Source of the DNA: Eledone cirrhosa
Lineage: Eukaryota
Length of the DNA stretch: 64,000 bases
Direction: 5' to 3'
Assembly (NCBI GenBank): GCA_964016885.1
Contig: OZ024756.1
Span: forward strand, 29,884,001 to 29,948,000
Below the pieces are notes generated by a model that made no database searches, was not told the DNA's origin, and was given only the letters and a program-made list of their open reading frames with translations. Shown one piece after another: positions 28,125 through 42,239 of this stretch. The first letter of the stretch is position 1. Each line of letters begins with the position of its first letter. Both the position numbers and the translations under genes were made by a program.

Positions 28125-28240
28125 CCTATCGGTGCTGTTGTTGTTGTTGTTATTGTTGTTGCAGTTGTTGTTGTTGTTGATCATAGAGATGTTGCTGTTG
28201 TTGTTGCTATTGGTGGTGTTGTTGTTGTTGTTGTTATTGC
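26073..28240. repeat. (CAC)n/CATGAT compound array followed by (TTG)n compound array
   Basis: Direct reading; both arrays show internal block duplications. Confidence 0.9.
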
Positions 28241-28257
28241 TGATGTTAAGGTTATTA

Positions 28258-28449
28258 AGGCGGTAGATTGGCAGTATCGGTAGAGGGTCGGACGCCATGC
28301 TTTCCAGCATAGAGTTATATCCCTTTACAGCCTGAGTTCAAATCCGGTCGAGGTTAACCTTGCCTTTCATCCTTACGGGGGTCGATAAAATAAAGTACCA
28401 GTAATGCACTGGGGTATTTGCTGGCCTTGTGCCAAAAGTAGAAACAATT
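28258..28449 (+). mobile_element. SINE family A, full length
   Basis: Matches the family A consensus. Confidence 0.9.
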
Positions 28450-28531
28450 ATTGTTGTTGCTGTTGGTGGTGCCAGAGTTGGTGGGAACTAATGCATGGCA
28501 ATGCAATACATCAACACCACCAACAACAGCA

Positions 28532-28633
<102 letters not shown>

Positions 28634-28881
28634 GTAGTGATGTCTGCTGCAAATACTTGCAGCAGAAAAATAAGCAGGCATCGTAATAATAATGGTGACC
28701 GCCCTCCAAGTCCTTCTCCTTCTCCCCCTCCTCCACCTCCTCCTACTCCTCTCGCCCTCCCCATCCCCGCCTCTCTTCTCTTCCTCGCCCTTCTCCGTCG
28801 TCACCGTCGTCACCATAGTCATCACCATTACCATCACCATCGTCACCTCCATCATCATCATCATCATCATCACCATCATCG

Positions 28882-29220
28882 GGCCGTAACTCTATGCTGC
28901 AAATCATGGCGTCCGACATTTGAACTCCGACCGTAAAGGGCCGTAACTCTATGCTGCAAATCATGGCGTCCGAACCTCTACCGACACTGCCAAGCCGCCG
29001 CGTTTTCTATTATCGACACAAGTCCATATAATTGTTTCTACTTTTGGCACAAGGCCAGCAATTACCCAGTGTATTACTGGTACTTTATTTTATCGACCCC
29101 GTGATGGATGAAAGGCAAAGTTAACCTCGGCGGGATTTGAACTCAGAATGGCAAGGGCCGTAACTCTATGCGTCAAAGCATGGCGTCCGACCCTCTACCG
29201 ATACTGCCAATCCACTGCCT
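28882..29220 (-). mobile_element. SINE family A (29030-29220) plus duplicated head fragments (28882-29000)
   Basis: Family A consensus; GGGCCGTAACTCTATGCTGCAAATCATGGCGTCCGA occurs twice. Confidence 0.85.
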
Positions 29221-29500
29221 TGTATCCATATAATGATCTATATCATGTTATTGGATGCTCTACCGATTACTGTCATTACACCGTCCTTTGAAACACGATG
29301 TTTACTTTTGTGTAACAAGGAAGTTATATATCAAAAGCGAAAATGAAAATAAGTTTTTCTCCGGCATAGTTTTCTCACTATCTCAAACATTGCCTCGCCC
29401 TGCTTTACATAGTAAACATTAGATGTTTGCTTTTGTTGTCAGTTTATATTTATATATACATACTTCCGGTGTATATATACATACATTCAGAGAGACATGC

Positions 29501-29535
<35 letters not shown>

Positions 29536-29566
29536 ATTTCTTCGTAAATTTCTTCGTAGACACTCT

Positions 29567-29688
<122 letters not shown>

Positions 29689-29940
29689 GCACATACACAC
29701 ATACACACACACACATATATATATATATTTTTATATATATATATTTGCCTCAGCCGGCTGGCTGGAACAGGTAAAAGAGTAAAATACACACACACACACA
29801 CATATATATATACATATATATATGTATACATACATAGATATATATATAGACAGGGTATGGCATGTATCATTTTATTTTATCTGATCACAAGAATATCTAT
29901 TTTGTTGATCACAAGAATATCTATTTTGTTAATATTTGAA

Positions 29941-30016
<76 letters not shown>

Positions 30017-30019
<3 letters not shown>

Positions 30020-30235
30020 CGAAGGAAGTGTGGTAAGGAACCAGATGGACCATAACGCACCAGAGTACTCAATACTTAGGGTAGTAGAGTGGGTAATAGG
30101 AAAATGCTTAACCCCGACGGCAGAGCTCAAGCCGTTTCGACGGCCATTTCTGGACTAAATTAGAATTCTAATTTAGTTCAGAAATAGCCGTCGAAACGGC
30201 TCGAGCTCTGCCGTCGGGGTTAAACATTTTCCTAT
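30017..30235. mobile_element. Fold-back insert (family also at 36475, 37665, 47982) with hammerhead 3' half
   Basis: Apex TAGAATTCTA at 30161-30170. Arms carry GAAACGGC...GCCGTC; ~80-bp tail; (TA)n flanks. Confidence 0.85.
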
Positions 30236-30243
30236 ATATATAG

Positions 30244-30918
30244 TCATGTCCGGGATATCTGTGTATAATTCAGTGTCGCTTAGGTGTTCAAAGGCTAGGT
30301 TGTTGTATGTGGCTTCAGAGATGACGCAAAACTCTTTACCTTTGTCGGATGGTAAGTATATAAGTTCCCTATTCCGTAGGTTCTTCAGGGCGAGTTGTTG
30401 TGTCCTGGAGAGGTTTGGGGCTATCTTCTTCTGTTTCCGTAAGATGTTAAATACGGAATGTTTTAGGCTCGAGAGTTTTTCTTCAAGCTCGCGGTTGCCA
30501 GCCGGTGGACAGAGTGGGCGGTCCAGTTGGTATATCGGGAATCTGGGTTTGATAGATTCCGTGGTGTTGTTGCCGAGAGTCGATATCCATTTTAGTTGGT
30601 AGGCAGTCCGACAGAAATTCGTTTCTATGTCGAGCCATAATTTGTCGTCCAGTCTCTGTTTCAATATGAACTTAGGACCCAGGCTGAGGAGGTCTAATTC
30701 CTCTCGGGAGAGGGATCCTGTCAAGTCTATGACGAGGTGTTTTGCGTCAGGTGTGTTGTTGGTCGGGGCGCCGCTAGGTTCGGTGTTGGTACCGTCTTGT
30801 TCGCCTCTGTTGGTGCTTAGAGTTGGGATGTTGTTAAGACAGTTGGCCGTCCTGAGTTTGAGAAATTTTTGCGTTAGACGTATTTTCTCGTAGTCTCGGC
30901 GATGGTGGTATGACCTGT
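30244..30918 (-). mobile_element. Penelope-like element ORF fragment (N-terminal region upstream of RT core)
   Basis: VIDLTGSLSREELDLLSLGPKF...NLSRTQQLALKNL...IYLPSDKGKEFCVI...Y...HLSDTELY contains the DKG motif and the upstream blocks typical of PLE RTs. Confidence 0.85.
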
Positions 30919-31059
30919 CTATATATATATAACACAGTGGAGCGTAACGACTACAACAATGACGACAATAACGACACCAACAGCCAGCAACCACTACTAC
31001 TTCTACTACCACCACCACCACCACCACCATCACCACAGCCGTCTCCACCATCGACAACA

Positions 31060-32071
31060 GCTGCAACAACAACAACAACAACAGTAACTACAACAGCAAC
31101 AACAACAACCGAAACAACAACAAAGACAACAGCAACAACAACAACACCACCACCACCGCCACCGCCACCACCAACCACCACAACCACCAACAACAACACC
31201 ACCAACACCAACAACACCACCGCCACCACCAACCACCACAACCACCAACAACAACACCACCAACAACAACACCACCAACACCAACAATACCACCGCCACC
31301 ACCAACCACCACAACCACCAACAACAACACCACCAACAACAACCACCACCGCCACCACCAACCACCACAACCACCAACAACAACACCACCAACAACAACA
31401 CCACCAACACCAACAGCACCACCGCCACCACCAACCACCACAACCACCAACAACACCACCACCAACAACAACACCACCAACACCAACAACAACAACACCG
31501 CCACCACCAACCACCACCACCACCACCACCACCACCATCACCACCACAACCACCAACACCACCACAACCACTAACACCACCACGACCACTAACACCGCCA
31601 CCACCACCACCACAACCACCAACACCACCACAACCACTAACACCACCACCACCACCACCACCACCACCACCACCACCACCACCACCACCACCACCACCAC
31701 CACCAACAACAACACCACCAACAACAACACCACCAACACCAACAACACCACCGCCACCACCAATCACCACCACCACCACCACCACCACCACCACCACCAC
31801 CACCACCAACAACAACACCACCAACAACAACACCACCAACACCAACAACACCACCGCCACCACCAATCACCACCACCACCACCACCACCACCACCACCAC
31901 CACCACCACCACCACCACCACCAACAACACCACCGCCACCACCAACCACCACCACCACCACCACCACCACCACCAACAACACCACCAACAACAACACCAC
32001 CAACACCAACAACACCACCGCCACTACCAATCACCACCACCACCACCACCACCACCACCACCACCACCACC

Positions 32072-32103
<32 letters not shown>

Positions 32104-32238
32104 CACCACCACCGCCACCACCAACCACCACCACCACCACCACCACCACCACCACCACCACCACCACCACCACCACCACCACCACCACCACCACCACCAC
32201 CACCACCACCACCACCACCACCAACCACCACCACCACC

Positions 32239-32270
<32 letters not shown>

Positions 32271-33093
32271 CAGCAACTCCTATTTTCAATTCATAAACCA
32301 ACAACTGAAGCAGCAGATGCAGGAACAGGTGCAGAACAGCAAAACAAGAACAGCTGCACATTGTATGGTGCATAACGACATGTAATTTAATGATGAATGC
32401 TGCAACAGAGGTAATCATGTACAAAAGAATATGAATTGCAACAGTAACAACAACAATAACTACTATAACAACAACAACAACAACACCAATAACAACTATA
32501 ACAACAACAACTGTAACAACAGCAACAACACCAATAACAACAATAACAACAACAACTGTAACAACAGCAACAACAACAACAACAACAACAACAACACCAA
32601 TAATAATATCAACAACTGTAACAATAACAACAATAACAACACCAACAACAACGAGAACAATAACGACAACGACAACAACTACAACAACACCAACAGCAAC
32701 AACAATAACAACAATACCAACAGCAACAGCAACAATAACAATAACAATAACAACAGCAACATTAACAATAACAAGAATAATAACAACTATAACAACACCA
32801 ACAACAGCGAGAACAATAACGACAACGACAACAACTATAACAACACCAACGACAACAACTATAACAACAACAACAACAACAATAACAACAATACCAACAG
32901 CAACAGCAACAATAACAATAACAATAACAACAGCAACATTAACAATAACAACAATAACAAGAATAATAACAACTATAACAACAGTAACAACAATAATAAC
33001 AACAACAACAACTATAACAACAATAACAACAATAACAACAGCAGTAACAACAACAGCAACAACAAGTAATGTTACAGTATTAAGGGGTATTAC

Positions 33094-33127
<34 letters not shown>

Positions 33128-33150
33128 GCAATAACAACAACAACAACAAC
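31060..33150. repeat. (CAC)/(CAA) and (AAC/AAT) compound trinucleotide arrays
   Basis: Direct reading. Confidence 0.9.
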
Positions 33151-33348
33151 GAGAAAAACATTTTCTAGAAAGATTTATGAAAGCTAAAACTGTACTTATT
33201 GTCGTAAATCTGTAGAGCTAATCCTTTTTTACTCCGAATCACAAACATTCGGGGGAACGACCGCAACTTATCTCTCCATCTTTCTCTTTGGCATTAATCT
33301 GGATAAAACGCTGGACACAAGACTTCATATATGGAAGAGAGATTAAAG

Positions 33349-33490
33349 TTAAAGTCTGTTGCTAAAGTCAAAGAAGCACATAGACTCACCTGGCCAGAGT
33401 TTACGATGGTTTTCTTAGCGTTAAGCTATGGCGAAGAGTGTTCATATATAAATTTGAGCGGCTTCCGTCCGTCCGTCCGTCCGTCACATA

Positions 33491-33540
<50 letters not shown>

Positions 33541-33705
33541 GTATGTGTGTGTGTTAAAGTCTGTTGCTAAACTCAAAGAAGCACATAGACTCATTTGGTC
33601 GGAGTTTATGATAGTTTTCTTAGCGTTAAGCAACGGCGAACAGTATCCATATATAAATTTGAGCGACTTCCGTCCGTCCGTCCATCCGTTCGTCACACAA
33701 TGTGC
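33349..33705. repeat. ~145-bp diverged direct duplication ending in (CCGT)n then (TG)n
   Basis: TTAAAGTCTGTTGCTAAA...CGTCACA at about 33349-33488 and 33554-33698. Confidence 0.8.
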
Positions 33706-33714
33706 GTGTGTATG

Positions 33715-33751
<37 letters not shown>

Positions 33752-35195
33752 GGAAGGAAGGGAATGGTGGAAAAACTATAGCAAAACAGCGGCTGGCGTT
33801 CCATTAGCTACGCTGTGTGTGAGTGTATGTGTATGTGTATTTATGTAAATGTACGCGTGTGTTGTATTTGTATGAATGTATGTCTGTGAGTATGTAAGTG
33901 TATGTCTGTATTTGCGCGTTTATATTTATATACTCATACACATATATATATACTCATATATATATGTATATATATATATATGTATACTAATACATATAAA
34001 TGTATGCATATACACATACACACACACACACACACACATATATATACACATACGCGTCAGCGTGTTGAAAAAAATCCTAGTAAATAAAACTTCTCCGCGC
34101 AAGGGAACGAACGACTTGTCTATTGCAGAGTTAACTCCCGTTTCCCCCACCCACCTAACAGCTACGATTAGCTTGTACGTCTTTCCCGCCGAGTAGATTT
34201 TAATAACGGTAAATGAAGTTTATATATTTCTTAAAGACACTAATCGCCACTGAATCTGGGAATCAAACCTACAACCCCATGATCGTTAGCTGAACATCCT
34301 AACCATTTGGTGATAGATGGTAAACGACTTTTACCCCGTCGAAGATGTCGGTTTCTTCGCCAGCGAATCATTTACAAAGCTGAGCCCCCCCCCCCAAAAA
34401 AAAACTCTAATTCAGAACCTCATGACAAGCATTGATTGATACATATTTCTACCTCAATAGACCTCATCAGCTTTATACTGTACATATTTATAACACATCA
34501 TAATAAATATTACATAATAATAATATCACAAGCATTCACTATACTTTTGGTAAATTGTTTTACATAAATGCTGAGAAACTTCAGTTGATCTGGGAATATT
34601 GACTTCCGTAGAATTAAGATATCTGGAAGGCTTCCGTTGAGCTTCATCAAAATGCACAAAAAAAAAAAAAAAATTCAAGTAGAGACCATAAAATTAAAAT
34701 TTTTCTTATTTTCAATTTTTTTTTAATTTTCCCGGAAAAATATGCTATATTTTTCTCTTTTTAAAATAATATACTAATTTACATAATTACTCTAAAGCAT
34801 TTCTTTTTCTGCCTTGTACTTGATTAAACAGGTGACTTGGGCAATGATCTGTGTTGTTGTTTATTCTGCAAGACTTTCATCTGTTACTAATATTTCGAGT
34901 CAGAACACATCTGTTTGTAGTGTTAATCTAAAAAAGAGGATTCTATTGTTTCCAGTTTCTGGGTTTTCCAAAACCTAAGCCATTAATAGACGCTGTATAA
35001 AGTTACACCGAGGACAGTATGCATATACGTAATTTATAATAGATTAATGGGAAATATGAGACATTTCGTCAGTTGGTATATAGCTGTAATGTACACTCCA
35101 CCCCAGATCAATAAGGCAGATTGTATTTATGGTCATATGGGACAAACCTATAATGTGAGACAGATCGTAAGATGATATAATAGGTTAGATAAGAT

Positions 35196-35378
35196 AATTG
35201 TTTCTACTTTTTGGCACAAGGCCAGCAATTACCCAGTGCATTACTGGTACTTTATTTTATCGACCCCGTAAGGATGAAAGGCAAAGTCAACCTCAGCGGG
35301 ATTTGAACTCAGATCGTTAAGGGACGTAACTATGCTGGAAAGCATGGCATCCGACCCTCTACCGATACTGCCAATCCA
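35196..35378 (-). mobile_element. SINE family A, full length
   Basis: Matches the family A consensus. Confidence 0.9.
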
Positions 35379-35555
35379 AAGATAATGCGAGGGAAAATTC
35401 AGGTAAAAGCTGGGTAAACTCAGTTAAATAGACAAATAAACAAAGAGATAGATAGATAGATACATAGGTAGTTGGATAGATAGATAGACAATATATTACA
35501 TTAAGTATGCAGGAAAAATCACGTGATCTCTTTCAATCTATCAAATTAAATATAT

Positions 35556-36130
35556 ACTAGCCGAATTACCCGCGCGTCGCTGCGTTTCACGCATTTTTTT
35601 GTAAGAAAATGATGATTGATTTTAAATCAGTGATATAATTTATGGAGAAAAACTCTGCATTTCAATATTACTCAATGTAAAATGTAATACATGAAAAATT
35701 GGAAAACATTATTTTTTGTAATATATCAAATCAAAATTATATTATTAAATCTTATTCTTATTTTGTTTCTTGTAAATTATTTTTTTCAAAATATCAATTC
35801 AAAACTTGATCATTTCATTTTTGTGTAAAGCATTATTTTCAAATTAGAAATTCAAAGTTCCAATACTCAAGTTATGGGCTTCCAAAATTCACTATAGGGG
35901 GTTGAACTCCCATTAGGGTGTCTTAATATTATTGAAATTTGCTGGAATTTTGTGAATAGGCATCATATCTTGTCATTTACCTATGGTTTAAATTTCATAT
36001 AAATCGTAGCGAGAAAAATGTCAGAGGTGGTTTTCAGCGGGGGTCTATTCCCCCGGGGAACCCTTTGATTAAAATGAAATATACTTATCCAAGTACCCTG
36101 GGTAATGTAGTTTCAGAATATATATGGTTA
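35556..36130 (-). mobile_element. Putative non-autonomous Helitron (3' end at about 35557; other boundary uncertain)
   Basis: Minus strand CGCAGCGACGCGCGGG-TAATTCGG-CTAG-T gives a GC-rich subterminal hairpin followed by CTAG and T. Confidence 0.5.
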
Positions 36131-36161
36131 TGGGGGTCTATCTCTCTCTGTCAGTAATTCC

Positions 36162-36212
<51 letters not shown>

Positions 36213-36474
36213 ACATATATATATATAGGAAAAAGTATGACCCCGACGATGTGAGAAAAACCACAGACCCTCCATCTCAACTCTACTTTTGAAAAGCAGA
36301 AGAACTGCGAAACCGGTAAAGGAACCAAATAAATATATATATTTAAAAAAAAAATTAGACTCCAGTTGCATTTTCGATTTCATTTCTTTTTCTTTATACT
36401 TTCACTCGTGTAGGACACCTCGGTTATTTTTCATTTTGTAAAAAAAACCTCACTTTCTAATATATATATATATA

Positions 36475-36665
36475 TAGGAACGAGTAGGACCCCGACGGCT
36501 GAGCTCAGGCCGTTTCGACGGGTAATTCTGGCCAGAATTAGCCGTCGAAACGGCCTGAGCTCAGCCGTCGGGATCCTACTCGTTCCTATTACCCACTCTA
36601 CTACCCTAAGTATTGAGTACTTTGGTGCATTATGGTCCATCTGGTTCCTTACCACATTTCCTTCG

Positions 36666-36668
<3 letters not shown>
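36475..36668. mobile_element. Fold-back insert with loopless apex, hammerhead 3' half in arms
   Basis: Arms 36475-36531 and 36532-36588, tail to 36668, (TA)n flanks. Confidence 0.9.
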
Positions 36669-36715
<47 letters not shown>

Positions 36716-36864
36716 ACAGATACACACACTCACAAATATATATACATATATATATATACATATATATATAAATATAAATTCACCGAGAATCGCATTTCGG
36801 CGGGTAGAAAAAACGAAACGAAACGCAAAAATCAGAAATTATATATATAAAAATATATATATAT

Positions 36865-36895
<31 letters not shown>

Positions 36896-37368
36896 CACAT
36901 ACATATACATCATACATATATACACACATATATATATATATATATACGTATATATATATGTATATATGTATATATATATAATACATATCTACTTCGCTTC
37001 TATAGGCACGGACAGAAGTAAGAAGAAAGAATGCTGGAGCTTTAAGGTCAAATGAAAAGCCAACGTAATTTACGAGAGAGGAAATTAATGCTCCTTCTGC
37101 CTTTATTTTTACATTTTCCTTTTTCTTCTTCTTCTAAGACCCCCCCCCCCCTCTTTACATGATAGAATTAACCGTTCTCTCTACTCCTGCCACCCACCAT
37201 GTCTTCCTCACTATCTCTGGTCAGATAAGAAGACATTTTTCACCCTTGATCATTCTTTTCAACATGTAAAGAGGTCAGCTATGAAAGAAGGGTAGATAAA
37301 AAAAACACAACATAACAAGTTAATAAATACAAGAATTAAAAAAAAAAAAAAAAATCTGAAGAATGTAT

Positions 37369-37422
<54 letters not shown>

Positions 37423-37526
37423 AGATATAGGAAACAAAGATAAAAGAATGATGTAAGAACGCAACAAGAACAACAACTCCAGCAATAATATACACGTTTG
37501 TGTATGTGTAATCATGTATGTAGAAA

Positions 37527-37571
<45 letters not shown>

Positions 37572-37633
37572 GTAAGTATGTATGTATATGAATATATATA
37601 TATATATATATATTCATATACATACATACTTAC

Positions 37634-37668
<35 letters not shown>

Positions 37669-37847
37669 AACCAGTAAGACCCCGACAGCTGAGATCAAGC
37701 CGTTTCGACGGCTAATTCTGGATATATATATTTATATATATATATATATGTATATATATATAAGTATGTGTGTGTGTGTGTATATATATATAAATGTAAG
37801 TATGTATGTATAGGAATGAAATTTCGTTTCATTCTTTTCCATTTATA

Positions 37848-40372
37848 TCGAGCCAGTGACTGGGAGCGGCTGTTCTATTTCGCCCCACTCGCCCTCGGCT
37901 CCCCAGCTCTGGCGCTGACCGGGGTGGCCGGTCAACAGCAGCCTTCGTCAAGGCCAATGTCTCGTCATTTGGGCGAGCGCCCATTCCAAGCGTGCCCAGG
38001 GACTCCACACACCCCACCCCCAGGTACCCCCTATCCTCCACCCCCGAGGCTAGCGCCAAGCGTTTGCGTGACCAGGTAAACGCAAAGCTTATCATGGGTG
38101 ATGTCTCGGAGATCCTGGCTGCTCTGCGGCTCAAACACCCTGAGCCACTCACTGATCTCAGACTCATACGCCCACCCGACCCCCACCTGCTCCTTGTGGC
38201 TACTGATGCAGATATCATGTCCGCCATCAGGTCCTTCCCAGCTAGCAGTTGCGGAGGTGTTGATGGTCTCCAACCAGGCCACCTCAAGGAGTTGACATCC
38301 CCCCTCTCCGCTGAGGCCGGGCGCCGCCTTCTGAGTGCAATTGTGGCGCTCACCAATTGGCTCATTCATGGTGCCCTCGAGCCTTACGCCCGAGGCCTCT
38401 TTTTTTCGGCCAGCCTCACCGCTCTCAGGAAGAAAGAGGGTGGCATACGCCCCATTGCTGTGGGCAATGTCTTCCGGCGGCTGGCTGCTAAGGTGATCTG
38501 CAAGTCCGTCACACACGAACTGGGTGAGGAGTTTAGTCCGGTGCAACTGGGTGTCGGCGTGTCCGGTGGTTGCGAGGGAGCCTCTCATGCAATCAGGCAG
38601 TTCTTCAGCAGCTGCCAATCGGTACCGGCATTCAGGGACTCCAGGCACCTCATTGTCAAGCTTGACATGAGGAATGCCTTTAACTCTTTACGCCGGGATC
38701 ATCTGCCCGAAGCCTGCCTCAGCCGAGCCCTCTCTGCCTACCCGCTGGCCTACCTGTCATATGGAGCCCCGAGCATGCTCCTAGCTGCTGATACGGTCAT
38801 ACACTCGGCTACTGGGGTCCAACAGAGCGACCCTTTGGGACCCCTCCTGTTCGCCCTTGGTATTGACCACATCGCCCAGAGTATCACGGCCCCTCTCAAC
38901 GTTTGGTATCTGGATGATGCTACGTTGGGTTGGCCCGTACGGACGGTCTGCCAAGACCTTCAATCGGTGATTCCTGCCCTGGTGGGAATCGGCCTCCCGG
39001 TCAACTCGGCCAAGTCGGAGGTGGTGAACGTCAGCCTCGATGCTGTGAGCTTTGCAGCCTCCGTCTTGGACGTGCGGTTCAAAGAGGATGTCCTCATCCT
39101 CGGGTCACCGATCCACCCGCCGGCCATCCGTTCCACCATCAGGTCCAGGCTTCAACAGCTCCAGACTCTCACGAGCCGACTGGGCTTGATTGACGGCCAC
39201 CCAGCTCTCTTTCTGCTGAGGAACTGCTTCGCCATGCCCAAGCTCCTCTATACACACCACAGCGCTCTATGCTACACCCAGACATCTCTCCTCGCTGACC
39301 CCGATACTTGTATCCGAGCAGCAGCCGAGGGGATATGCAACGTCAAGTTTGACGACATAGGGTGGCAACAGGCCACTTTACCGGTCAGGTATGGCGGCCT
39401 AGGCCTCCGGTCCCCGATCTCGCAGGGTTCTTCAAAACACAACAGAACCCTCTGTGTTCAGAGAACGTGAGGCCGCCTGTGAGACGTGGGACCGGCTGGG
39501 ACTTAGCTCAGTAGACGTCCCTCCTCCTTCTCCCCCTGTTGACGTCAAGTCCCCCCAACGCACTTGGGATGCCATCCAGTGCAGCTTGGCCTCAGACAGC
39601 CTCACGCGCCAGCTCGACCAGCACCGCCTTGCTTGTTTTCGTGCGGCCTCCAAACCCCACAGTGGTGCCTGGCTCCATGCTCTGCCCTCCTTCTCCACTG
39701 GCACGCAGCTAGACAACCATAGCCTGCGAATCGGCGTTTCCCGAGGCTCGGCCTCCGGATCTGCCAGCCACACCAATGTCGCTGCCGTTCCACCGTGGAC
39801 TCTTTCGGCCTCCACCCGCTTTCCTGTCGCCACAGTGCCGGCCGCATTCCACGCCATACTGCCCTCAACGAGGTCATTAAGCATGGCTTGGACGCTGCAG
39901 GCTTCTCTTCCCAGCTCGAGCCCTGGGGATGGATCGAGGGGACGGCAAAAGGCCAGATGGCATGACTATCTTCCCGTTCCGCGGTGGCAAACCCCTCGTC
40001 TTGGATGCCACTTACACCGACACTTTCTGCAGCCGCAACCTGGTGCAGTCTGCGACTGACCCAGGTTCTGCTGCACGTCGAGCTGAGGGGGCCAAACTCC
40101 TCAAATACCGGTCGCTCTCCGACAGGTTTGCGGTCGTTCCCCTGGCAGTGGAAACTTCTGGTGTCCTCGGCCCCAGGGCTACCTCCTTACTCACCACCAT
40201 AGGCGCTGAGCTGGCAAGCCGTAGGTGTGAGCCCCGCGAGTTGGAGTGGGTTTTCCAGCGCGTCTCCCTTGCCGTCTTCCTGGGAAACGCCTTCTCCATT
40301 CTGTCCGCCGGGGCTGTGGGTGGGCCCCATCGCGTACCATTAGATTAGTTAAATACCATTCTTTCATCTCAT
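37848..40372 (+). mobile_element. CRE-clade-like non-LTR retrotransposon (RT + CCHC + restriction-like endonuclease), 5'-truncated and frameshifted
   Basis: RT motifs GGVDGL, KKEGGIRPIAVG, QLGVG, KLDMRNAFN, GVQQSDPLGP, YLDD and GGLGL. CRC...H..SC..RH lies near 39775-39860, and the RLE reads KRPDG...LDAT...AEGAK...PLAVETSG. ORF pieces are 37992-39470 and 39929-40348. Confidence 0.9.
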
Positions 40373-40911
40373 ACATATATATATACTGACTTTATAAAGG
40401 TGGGTTTCAACACACCAATTATTATATTTTATACATATATACATACGTAATAAGAAATATAGTAAAATACAAAACAACACTTCTAGACACACAAATATAT
40501 ACTCACACACACACATACACATACATACACACACACACACACATACACACACATACACACACTCTCTCACACACTCACACACACACACACACACACACAA
40601 ACAACTAGAAACAGTGAAAAAACAAAAAGAAAATAACAAGCAAAAAACATGAACCTTAACGAACCAAAGTTAAGAATAAAACATTTCTCCCCTTTCTCTC
40701 TCTCTTTCTCCTCCTCTTCCTCTCCCTCTTTCTCTCTCTCTGTCTCGCCCTCTCTCTCTTTCTCTTTCTCTCCTTCTCCCTCTTTCTCTTTTACCCCCTA
40801 TTTCTCTCCCTCTTTCTCTTTTATCTCCTCTTTCTCTCCCTCTTTTCCGCGATCTTTCTTTCTCCCCTTTTTTCGCTTTTTTTTTCTCTCTTGTCTCTCT
40901 CTGCCGCTTAT

Positions 40912-40973
<62 letters not shown>

Positions 40974-41431
40974 CCCCCTCTCTCTCCCCCCTCTCTATAT
41001 ATGCCCCCCCCCCAATCTCTCTCTCTATGTACCCTCTCTCTCTCTATATATATATATATATAAATGCCTCCCCCCACCCCCCCATCTGTATGACTCTCTC
41101 TCTCCCCCCCTCTCGCCATTTCGCCGAAATAAATTACTGCATTTTTCAGAACTGGAACGACTCTTATTTAATGTGATTTTTCTTATTCCCCTCCATTCTT
41201 TAGTGGTGGTCATGCATTAGAGTCCGTAGAATATTATCTTTTGTTGTGACGCAAGCGGCGATTATCGTACCACGGAAGTCAGGACCGGAGTGAGAGTAGG
41301 TGGAATGAAGATGGAGGGGTGTTAAGTTACGATTAACTCTACCGGCATGTATGTATGTATGTATGTATGTATGTATGTATGTATGTATGTATGTATGTAT
41401 GTATGTATATGTATGTATGTATGTATGTATG

Positions 41432-41465
<34 letters not shown>

Positions 41466-41599
41466 TGTATGTATGTATGTATGTATGTATGTATGTATGT
41501 ATGTATATGTATGTATGTATATATGTATATGTATGTATGTATATATGTATATGTATGTATGTATATATGTATATGTATGTATATATGTATGTATATATA

Positions 41600-42100
41600 T
41601 TGGACATCCTGCAGGACTAAAAACAAAACCTATCAAAGAGCAAAGGAGCTCTTAAGAGTCAATGGCCATCCAAAATCACCGGGAGAGATGACCCCTTAGC
41701 CTTTGTCAAGGCAGAATTCTAGGAGAAGGAAAACTCTGATATACCTGCAACCCTGATGGTATCCAATGATGTTGACTTGTTCTTCTTTTTGGTAAATATC
41801 ATCTTGGTTAAGAGAGTGGGACTGGCTTTGTGCAGTGCCTTTGCTCACTATAAAAGCTTCACGGCACAGGCATTGCTTTATTTCTGGAGATCTCTCTGCA
41901 CTTGTCGTCACATGGTACCATGGGCCCAGCACTATGTGTCAGTAATTGTCACAAGTGTAGTGTTAGTACCTGATTTTCAAGTCGCTGGCTGGACTAAAAT
42001 GTCACACTCGTTGAGCGCATCGGTAGGAGTTCTCCTACATGGATATAAAGTAGTGGCCGTACTCGAAAACGAGTTGGCAGCCACCATGTATGTATGTATG
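41600..42100 (+). mobile_element. RTE-like non-autonomous/internally deleted element bounded by (ATGT)n
   Basis: The 5' part is shared with 1570-1930 and the element ends in an ATGT tail. Confidence 0.45.
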
Positions 42101-42127
42101 AATACATGTATGTATGTTATCTCTTTC

Positions 42128-42239
42128 TCTTATTTCGACCGCGTAAGGTTGAAAGGCAAAGTTAACTTCAGCGGGATTTGAACTCAGACCGTAAAGGGAC
42201 GTAACTCTATGCTGCAAAGCATGGCGTCCGACCCCCTAC
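42128..42239 (-). mobile_element. SINE family A, partial
   Basis: Family A core. Confidence 0.8.

Noticed and set aside
34520-34980. Possible host exons in unique AT-rich sequence
   Set aside because: Only short open frames, with no convincing splice pair or recognisable motif.
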